The notes beneath the pieces are model-generated. The model was not told the DNA's origin. It was given only the letters and a program-made list of their open reading frames with translations, and made no database searches. A stretch of DNA of 64,000 nucleotides, taken from contig JBJYWP010000002.1 in assembly GCA_046259485.1 (NCBI GenBank), forward strand, positions 87,104-151,103, written 5' to 3'. Positions 58,048 through 64,000 of this stretch are shown in pieces. The translations under genes were made by a program, and so were the position numbers. Positions within the stretch are counted from its first letter, which is position 1, and each line of letters begins with the position of its first letter. The stretch comes from Candidatus Promineifilaceae bacterium (GTDB taxonomy: Bacteria > Chloroflexota > Anaerolineae > Promineifilales > Promineifilaceae).

Positions 58048-58082
58048 ACCGCTATCCTGCTACCGGACAGCGGTTTCCTCTT
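58048..58082. terminator. Candidate hairpin terminator between the convergent pseudo-receiver and VKOR genes
   Basis: An imperfect stem pairs ACCGCTATCC with GGACAGCGGT (58048..58074), followed by TTCCTCTT. The U-tract is weak. Confidence 0.4.
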
Positions 58083-58092
58083 CGGTAGGTAC

Positions 58093-58551
58093 TTAGTAGC
58101 CTTCTTGTTGCCGTCGGCTAAAAGCAAGACTCAGCGCTAAGACAAACATCAATAAAACAATGATGGCGCTGTAAAGACAGAATTGGCAAATGGCGTGGAT
58201 AACAAAGATTTCCAGTGAAGTCAGTCCAATGGTGAACAGGAAAGCCAGACCTACCAGGCCCATTAATAGCTCCGGTAGGTAATCGTCAATTAGCTCCGAC
58301 CAATTTCCCAGCCATACAACAAGAAAAATCGTCGCATAACCGATCAGGCCAATCAGGGCTACGGGGATTGGTCCGATGGATGAATATGCCGCCCCTGGAC
58401 CACTTACCTGGCCACAGTCAAAGATTTCATTGATCGTGCAGCTCGTGAAGAGTACACCTCTGTGGTAAAGAAATAAATAATATGCCACCAACATTCCGGG
58501 CACAGCCAGAAGTTGGATGAGTAAAGCCTGCCATCTATTTGGAATTTGCAT
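58093..58551 (-). CDS. Vitamin K epoxide reductase (VKOR) family membrane protein
   Basis: 152 aa with 4 TM helices, a loop Cys pair (CTINEIFDC) and an active-site CQFC. Confidence 0.82.
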   Translation of the reverse strand: MQIPNRWQALLIQLLAVPGMLVAYYLFLYHRGVLFTSCTINEIFDCGQVSGPGAAYSSIGPIPVALIGLIGYATIFLVVWLGNWSELIDDYLPELLMGLVGLAFLFTIGLTSLEIFVIHAICQFCLYSAIIVLLMFVLALSLAFSRRQQEGY

Positions 58552-58554
58552 TTT

Positions 58555-59235
58555 TTAAGAGTTGATTATTTCATCGAAACGACTTTGGAATTGCTCAAGC
58601 GGTACGTTTCCACGAATGATTTGATCGTTGATAAAGAATGTAGGCGTCGAGTTAACGCCGGCCTGGCTTGCCGCTGCCTGGTTCGTACTGACATCATTAT
58701 TGTGAGTCCCATCTGCAAGGCACTGAGTGAAGGTGTCCATATCCAGTCCAACTTCTTCACCGGCAGCCAAGAACCCATCCCGCGTAATAGCTACCTCAAC
58801 GGGTTCCATGTTAAATAAAGCTTGTCTGAACTTGAAATATTTGCCCTGGTCATTTGCACAAAAAGCGGCATTTGCCGACGGCGCTGTTGTTGCACTCAAA
58901 GCATATGGAACTGAGACCCATTTCACAAGACCCTGATCAACATACTGTTCCTGGATTATTTCAGCGGTAGTTTGATGGAAAGCACGGCAGTGAACACAGC
59001 CGAAATCTGAAACCTCGATCAGGGTCACCGGGGCGTTGTCGTCACCTTCAACGATACATTTCCCATCTGCTTTTTGACAATACTCGGCTAGAGTTTGGGT
59101 TTCCGGTTCCCGTAAAGCGAAGTATAGCAGAGCAAAAAGGGCGATTGCTCCAAGGATTACAACCCCGCCGACAACCAACCAGTTCGTTTCCCGACTCCCT
59201 TGTTCTTTTTTTGTTCGTCTTGGTTTCTTAGCCAT
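58555..59235 (-). CDS. DsbA-family thioredoxin-fold protein, membrane anchored
   Basis: 226 aa with an N-terminal TM helix and CVHC active site. Its stop lies 3 nt before the start of the VKOR gene. Confidence 0.82.
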   Translation of the reverse strand: MAKKPRRTKKEQGSRETNWLVVGGVVILGAIALFALLYFALREPETQTLAEYCQKADGKCIVEGDDNAPVTLIEVSDFGCVHCRAFHQTTAEIIQEQYVDQGLVKWVSVPYALSATTAPSANAAFCANDQGKYFKFRQALFNMEPVEVAITRDGFLAAGEEVGLDMDTFTQCLADGTHNNDVSTNQAAASQAGVNSTPTFFINDQIIRGNVPLEQFQSRFDEIINS

Positions 59236-59531
59236 AACTACTTGAAATCCCTCCAGGATTAAAGTTTTTCAGAAAATATAATCATTTTTATAACTACTTA
59301 AACGTTGGGAAGTTTATCACGTGGTAATATGTGGGCAATACCTTTTAATTACCTACTCTCGCAAATACAGATAAATGTCATATTTCAAGCATGACATTCG
59401 CCACCATACAATGATTTCAATATGCGCTAAACTATAGTCATTGGGTTCTTATATTCAATTGACGGTTGCTGAATAAGTGAGAAACCCTTAGCTTATCGAT
59501 TCAGGAACAGCCTTAAAATCGGGAGTAATTT

Positions 59532-59966
59532 ATGCTTACGGTGAATGACCTCATGACGGCGATTCCCTATACAGTTTCCTCAGATACGCCGCTGCGGCAT
59601 GTAATCGAACTCATGAAAACAGAGGGGTGCCGCCAGCTTCCTGTGCTTGAAGAAGGCAATCTTGTGGGTATCGTTACCGATCGTGACGTTCGATTAGTGA
59701 TGAATTCTCCTATGGTGCTTCATGGTCACTGGCAAGATGAGGAACTGCTTGATCGGGTTACGGCACGGAGCTGTATGACGGCCAATCCCATGACGGTGGA
59801 ACCTGATACACCGGCATACCAGGCCGCGCGTATGTTGAGCATCTTTAAATTCGGCGCTCTGCCGGTTGTTGATAAGGGCATTTTAGTAGGCATCATTACG
59901 GTTACCGATTTTCTCGAAAATTTCGCGGCGGGACAGGGAGATATCGTTATCGAAGGTTCTGAATGA
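59532..59966 (+). CDS. CBS domain pair protein
   Basis: 144 aa with two CBS repeats (LPVLEEGNLVGIVTDRD and LPVVDKGILVGIITVTD). Confidence 0.85.
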   Translation: MLTVNDLMTAIPYTVSSDTPLRHVIELMKTEGCRQLPVLEEGNLVGIVTDRDVRLVMNSPMVLHGHWQDEELLDRVTARSCMTANPMTVEPDTPAYQAARMLSIFKFGALPVVDKGILVGIITVTDFLENFAAGQGDIVIEGSE

Positions 59967-60020
59967 TGCTGTTTGTCTTTATTGGTCCTTTGTAATTTTA
60001 ACTCAATAAGGAGCCAGGTA

Positions 60021-60905
60021 ATGTTCTCGAAAATAATGGTACCTTTAGACGGTTCTTCGTTGGCTGAACAGGCTTTGCCAATGGCGGTCAGGTTCGCCGA
60101 GAGAATGAATGCAAAACTTGTGCTGTATCGTGTGGTGCCCTATTTCACCGTATTAGCGGCCGATCCGCTTCTCTATGAGGAGATGAATCGCCTGGGGGAG
60201 GATGAGGCGCTGGCTTACCTGAGACAAGTTCGTGAAGACGTTACCAGTCCACTGCCCACGGAAACGATTTGTGAAGTCGGCTCGGCGGCCGAATCGGTCT
60301 TACAGTATGCAAATGAGAATGATGTCGATCTGATTATCATTTCCAGCCACGGCCGTTCCGGACTGAATCGCTGGGTTTATGGCAGCGTCGCTGAGCGCAT
60401 TATGAGCCAGGCTCCATGCCCAACTTTAATCTTGAACGCACGCCGCTCAGACTCGCCGAACGCACCACAGAATATCCTGGTTACTCTTGATGGTTCCGAG
60501 CTTGCCGAAAAAGCGCTCGAACCGGCAATGGATATGGCTTCTGCATTAGAATCGCAGCTCCATTTACTCAGGGTCACTACCTCCGGGCATATGCGAATTG
60601 AAATTGATTCCAGTCCTGACTTGATTGATGGTATCGAGAGTAATGAACTGGTTGAGGCCCAAGAATATCTTAAAGAATTAAGCCAGAGGATAGGACTCGA
60701 AGATGGGCAGTTGTCCGTAGAGGTGGCCAAGGGAACTGTCGCCGAAGCTATTATTGAGTATGCTGCGAACAATGATATCGATTTAATTACCATATCCAGC
60801 CACGGCCGTACCGGTTTGAAGCGTTGGGTATATGGAAGCGTCGCCGAAAAGGTGCTTCGTGGCGCGTGTTGTGCGACAATGATTGTCAGGAACAGCGAAA
60901 TCTAA
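60021..60905 (+). CDS. Tandem-domain universal stress protein
   Basis: Two USP domains, with SSHGRSGLNRWVYGSV and SSHGRTGLKRWVYGSV. I prefer the start at 60021 (MFSKIMVPLDGS, AAGGAG upstream); the track ORF starts at 59973. Confidence 0.85.
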   Translation: MFSKIMVPLDGSSLAEQALPMAVRFAERMNAKLVLYRVVPYFTVLAADPLLYEEMNRLGEDEALAYLRQVREDVTSPLPTETICEVGSAAESVLQYANENDVDLIIISSHGRSGLNRWVYGSVAERIMSQAPCPTLILNARRSDSPNAPQNILVTLDGSELAEKALEPAMDMASALESQLHLLRVTTSGHMRIEIDSSPDLIDGIESNELVEAQEYLKELSQRIGLEDGQLSVEVAKGTVAEAIIEYAANNDIDLITISSHGRTGLKRWVYGSVAEKVLRGACCATMIVRNSEI

Positions 60906-60922
60906 CAGGGTAAAAGAGGATA

Positions 60923-61297
60923 ATGGATCGTTTCTTTGTGATAGCTGGTTCAATTGTGATGTTCATAGGTGTAGGTGCAGGTGCATTCGGTGCGCATGGA
61001 CTCAGTAATTACTTCCTGAATTACCCCGATTTGGAAGGGACATACAATACGGCCGTTCATTATCAGATGATCCATGGAATAGCCCTGTTCCTGGCAGCCT
61101 GGGTTGCCGTCCGTTACAATGCTTCCTTCGCTAACTGGGCCGGTTATCTCTTTATCCTCGGCATTTTCCTGTTTTCCGGCAGCCTCTATCTATTAGTCTT
61201 AACCCGAACATCGTGGCTTGGCGCAGTAACCCCATTAGGCGGTCTCGCGTTTCTGGCCGGATGGCTCCTTATAGCTCTGGCAGCATGGCGAAGTTAG
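60923..61297 (+). CDS. DUF423 family membrane protein
   Basis: 124 aa with 4 TM helices. GAGAFGAHGL is a DUF423 motif. Confidence 0.75.
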   Translation: MDRFFVIAGSIVMFIGVGAGAFGAHGLSNYFLNYPDLEGTYNTAVHYQMIHGIALFLAAWVAVRYNASFANWAGYLFILGIFLFSGSLYLLVLTRTSWLGAVTPLGGLAFLAGWLLIALAAWRS

Positions 61298-61396
61298 GGG
61301 AACCTGCTATCAATAAACCCCAAATTTTATTGATTGTGTTAAGATAGAGATTGCTTTGATACGCAGACGGCCGTTTTTTATTGGCGGCCTTCTGAG

Positions 61397-61999
61397 ATGC
61401 TCGTCGGGTTCCCTGATATGGTACTTACGCCGGATTTATTATTATCCGCCTATGCCCAAGGCATCTTCCCCATGGCTGGAGAAGATGACCGGATTTACTG
61501 GTACGATCCCGATCCCCGCGCTATTCTTCCCCTGGACAAATTTCATATTCCACGTTCCCTGCGACGGACCATCCGCAAAGGGGTATTCGGTATAAGCCGT
61601 GACGCGGCTTTTGGTGAAGTCATTCGCTTCTGCTCGCGCCCGGCTCTAGGACCCGAAGAGACCTGGATCAATGAAACGATCATCGAGGCATATGAAGAGC
61701 TGCATCGCCTGGGATTCGCTCATAGTATCGAAGTCTGGCAAGATGACTTGCTGGTTGGCGGGCTTTATGGAGTTACCCTCAATGGTTTATACGCTGGCGA
61801 AAGTATGTTTAGCAGAGTGCGGGATGCGAGCAAAGTAGCATTGGTATATTTGGTAGCCCATTTGCGGCGGCAAGGTTTTGTCCTTCTAGATATTCAGTTT
61901 TTAACTGAACATCTAGAGCGCTTTGGCGCGGTTGAGATTACTCGCGATGCCTATAAAAAAGCTCTGACCGCCGCTATCAATCAACCGGCTCAATTTTGA
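61397..61999 (+). CDS. aat: Leucyl/phenylalanyl-tRNA--protein transferase
   Basis: LTPDLLLSAYAQGIFPM, WYDPDPRAIL, GGLYGV and ESMFS are L/F-transferase motifs. The start could instead be the internal Met at 61418. Confidence 0.88.
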   Translation: MLVGFPDMVLTPDLLLSAYAQGIFPMAGEDDRIYWYDPDPRAILPLDKFHIPRSLRRTIRKGVFGISRDAAFGEVIRFCSRPALGPEETWINETIIEAYEELHRLGFAHSIEVWQDDLLVGGLYGVTLNGLYAGESMFSRVRDASKVALVYLVAHLRRQGFVLLDIQFLTEHLERFGAVEITRDAYKKALTAAINQPAQF

Positions 62000-62151
62000 T
62001 AGAGGAGACGGTACGTGCAGTCGCAGGCCACCCTTAGCGCATTGAGTTGTAGCACAACGTTTACGTTGTGCCCGCCGCAACCTGAAGGATGCGCTACAAT
62101 TTTGCCCGTACTTGATTGACAGGTTATTAGCGATTTTGGAGAGCAAACGTT

Positions 62152-63153
62152 ATGCAGGTCACCCAAAAACCCATTGATCAAAATGATGTTAGATTTTTCA
62201 GTGGTAGATCAAATCCCGTGTTGGCTAAAAAAATTGCCGACAACCTGGAATTGAAGCTTGATGAGACCCACATAGCCCGCTTTAGCAATGATAATTTATT
62301 TGTTCAGTTAGGGGCCAGTGTCCGGGGACGTGTGGTGTATATCGTGCAATCCCTGGTTCCGCCCGTCAGCGATCATCTTGTGGAATTACTGATGATGCTT
62401 GACATTGCCAAAAGCGCCGCCGCTCGTGAAGTACATGCCGTCATCCCTTATTTCTCCTACGCGCGTTCCGATAAAAAAGATGCGCCAAGAATTTCGATCA
62501 CGGCCCGCCTCGTGGCTGATTTATTGGCTACCTCCGGCGCTACCCACGTGATGACGATGCAGCTTCATTCTCCCCAGGTGCACGGCTTTTTCAGTATGCC
62601 CACAGACCCCCTGACGGCACGAGGGCTGTTCGCTAATTATTTTAGACCGCGTAACTATACCGCTGAAGATACGGTGGTTGTGGCTCCCGATGTAGGTGGG
62701 GCGAAATCCTCGGCGCGTCTGGCGGGCATGTTAGGCTTGCCGGTCGCCTCCGCCAACAAAATGCGCATTTCTGATTCCCAGGTGGAAATCGGCGGTTTAA
62801 TCGGCCGTCAGGTGAAGGGTTTTCGCAGAGCGTTAATCCATGATGACGAAATCGCCACCGGGGGTACTATCCTTGAACTTTGCGACCTGCTTATTGACGA
62901 AGGCATCGAGGAAATATCACTGGTTTGTTCTCATGGCCTGTTCTTGGGCAATGCTTTTGAGCGCATTGCTAAGATTCCCCAAATCCGTGAAATCGTGACG
63001 ACCGACACCGTTCCTAGAGATGAGCGTGATAAGCCGGATAATATGGTCATCCTCAGCACCGCTCCGGTGTTCGGTGGGGCCATTCGCCAGAATTACCACC
63101 AACGTTCGATTGGCGAGCTCTTTGACTTTGGCCATGGTGTCACGGATGAATAA
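62152..63153 (+). CDS. prs: Ribose-phosphate pyrophosphokinase
   Basis: 333 aa. IPYFSYARSDKK and DDEIATGGT (PRPP loop) are present. GGAGAG lies 8 nt upstream of the ATG. Confidence 0.9.
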   Translation: MQVTQKPIDQNDVRFFSGRSNPVLAKKIADNLELKLDETHIARFSNDNLFVQLGASVRGRVVYIVQSLVPPVSDHLVELLMMLDIAKSAAAREVHAVIPYFSYARSDKKDAPRISITARLVADLLATSGATHVMTMQLHSPQVHGFFSMPTDPLTARGLFANYFRPRNYTAEDTVVVAPDVGGAKSSARLAGMLGLPVASANKMRISDSQVEIGGLIGRQVKGFRRALIHDDEIATGGTILELCDLLIDEGIEEISLVCSHGLFLGNAFERIAKIPQIREIVTTDTVPRDERDKPDNMVILSTAPVFGGAIRQNYHQRSIGELFDFGHGVTDE

Positions 63154-63541
63154 AAATTCCCAGATGGCACCTCGCGATCATCGCCAGCGCCTCGGCCGCT
63201 GGGGTGAAAACCTGGCCGCTGATTATCTTGAGGCCAAAGGTTATCAGATTCTGGCTCGCAACTGGCGATCGCGAAGCGGTGAAATTGACCTGATAACTCA
63301 AACTGGCGAGACACTGGCTTTTGTCGAGGTTAAGACAAGAAAGGGGAGGGATTTCGGCCTGCCCGAAGAGGGTTTGACGGCTTCCAAAGCGGATCGCTTG
63401 CAGAACCTGGCCAAACAATATCTGGCTCAAAATGATCTTCATGAAATCGATTGGCGCATTGATCTTGTCGCCGTCGAACTCGATCATAACGGCCGTCTCC
63501 TGCGCTGCGAACATATTCCTAATGCCGTTCTTGGTTGGTAA
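63146..63541 (+). CDS. yraN: YraN family (UPF0102) endonuclease-like protein
   Basis: GENLAADYLEAKGYQILARNWRSRSGEIDLI and AFVEVKTR are present. I prefer the start at 63146, which overlaps the prs stop; the track extension from 63020 lies inside prs. Confidence 0.8.
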   Translation: MNKNSQMAPRDHRQRLGRWGENLAADYLEAKGYQILARNWRSRSGEIDLITQTGETLAFVEVKTRKGRDFGLPEEGLTASKADRLQNLAKQYLAQNDLHEIDWRIDLVAVELDHNGRLLRCEHIPNAVLGW

Positions 63542-63582
63542 TCGCGCATTGCCATTCAATTCGAAGTTGTCAAGGTTCGGTC

Positions 63583-64000
63583 ATGACAAAAAAAGGTCAA
63601 AATGGAAAAATCGGGAACTTGCTGGTGATTGTCGGTCCCACGGCCGTCGGCAAGACAGACCACTCCCTTTCTCTTGCCATGGATTTTGATGGTGAAATAG
63701 TCTCTGCAGATTCTCGATTATTCTATGAAGGAATGGATATCGGCACCGCCAAACCATCGATCGCCGAGCGAACGGCCGTTCCCCACTATCTCATTGATAT
63801 CTGCAAGCCTGACCAAACCCTGACTTTAGGTGAGTACCAGCGCCTCGCTTACCACACAATTGAAGAAATACTGGATCGCGGCCGCCTGCCTATTCTTGTC
63901 GGCGGCACCGGCCAATATGTTATGGCTGTTGTAGAGGGATGGGGTATTCCTGAGATTGCCCCTTATCCCGAACTGCGCCGGCAGTTAGAACGGCTTGGCC
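63583..64000 (+). CDS. miaA: tRNA dimethylallyltransferase, N-terminal part (runs off the window end)
   Basis: My translation from the ATG at 63583 reads MTKKGQNGKIGNLLVIVGPTAVGKTDHSL..SADSRLFYEGMDIGTAKP..HYLIDI..ILVGGTGQY. This gives a P-loop plus MiaA motifs. Confidence 0.88.
   Translation, partial: MTKKGQNGKIGNLLVIVGPTAVGKTDHSLSLAMDFDGEIVSADSRLFYEGMDIGTAKPSIAERTAVPHYLIDICKPDQTLTLGEYQRLAYHTIEEILDRGRLPILVGGTGQYVMAVVEGWGIPEIAPYPELRRQLERLG

Larger units (their letters stand above)
635..63779. repeat. Dispersed highly iterated palindromic octamer ACGGCCGT (first to last copy; at least 34 exact copies)
   Basis: Manual scan found exact copies starting at 635, 3929, 7999, 8148, 9945, 11206, 12447, 12823, 13234, 16436, 16758, 16954, 17142, 18689, 18835, 20809, 32474, 36884, 37142, 37883, 39126, 42591, 45958, 47795, 49541, 54243, 57230, 60349, 60802, 61049, 61367, 63489, 63640 and 63772. 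Confidence 0.85.

Noticed and set aside
62114-62121. A TTGACA -35-like hexamer upstream of prs
   Set aside because: No acceptable -10 hexamer lies at 16 to 19 nt spacing, so I do not call a promoter.
63020-63145. An upstream extension of the yraN ORF
   Set aside because: It overlaps the prs C-terminus in another frame. The YraN-family sequence starts near 63146.
1-64000. CRISPR arrays, transposases, integrases, phage genes, toxin-antitoxin or known defence systems
   Set aside because: I found no regularly spaced direct repeats and no ORFs with recombinase, transposase or defence-type motifs. The window looks like core chromosome.

Overview
This is a gene-dense chromosomal window with about 58 protein-coding genes. 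I found no rRNA, tRNA, CRISPR array, transposase or integrase. The content is mostly core and anaerobic central metabolism. It includes a four-subunit 2-oxoacid:ferredoxin oxidoreductase operon with an embedded aminotransferase, single-chain PFOR, PPDK, aconitase, formate-THF ligase, alanine dehydrogenase, a CoA-transferase, a GH94 phosphorylase and an alpha-glucan phosphorylase. Housekeeping operons are also present (two S41 peptidases with smpB, coaBC, pgpH-ybeY-dgkA, prs-yraN-miaA, aat), along with an ECF transporter next to a PduO adenosyltransferase, a PiT/DUF47 pair, a VKOR/DsbA pair and a NarL-type two-component system. The gene set suggests an anaerobic fermentative monoderm, possibly Chloroflexota/Anaerolineae-like, but that taxonomy is only a guess. 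The strongest signal outside ordinary annotation is a dispersed palindromic octamer, ACGGCCGT (core CGGCCG). I counted at least 34 exact copies by eye, against about one expected for equiprobable bases. The copies lie on both strands, in all three reading frames and in intergenic DNA, which resembles cyanobacterial HIP1. Second-tier items are a membrane-anchored copper-amine-oxidase-like protein with a Cys cluster at the cofactor position fused to a haem c domain, a DHOD-like protein without the catalytic Cys downstream of PFOR, a receiver domain without its phospho-acceptor Asp, and candidate operator palindromes. All functional calls rest on motif recognition from the supplied translations; no database search was possible.
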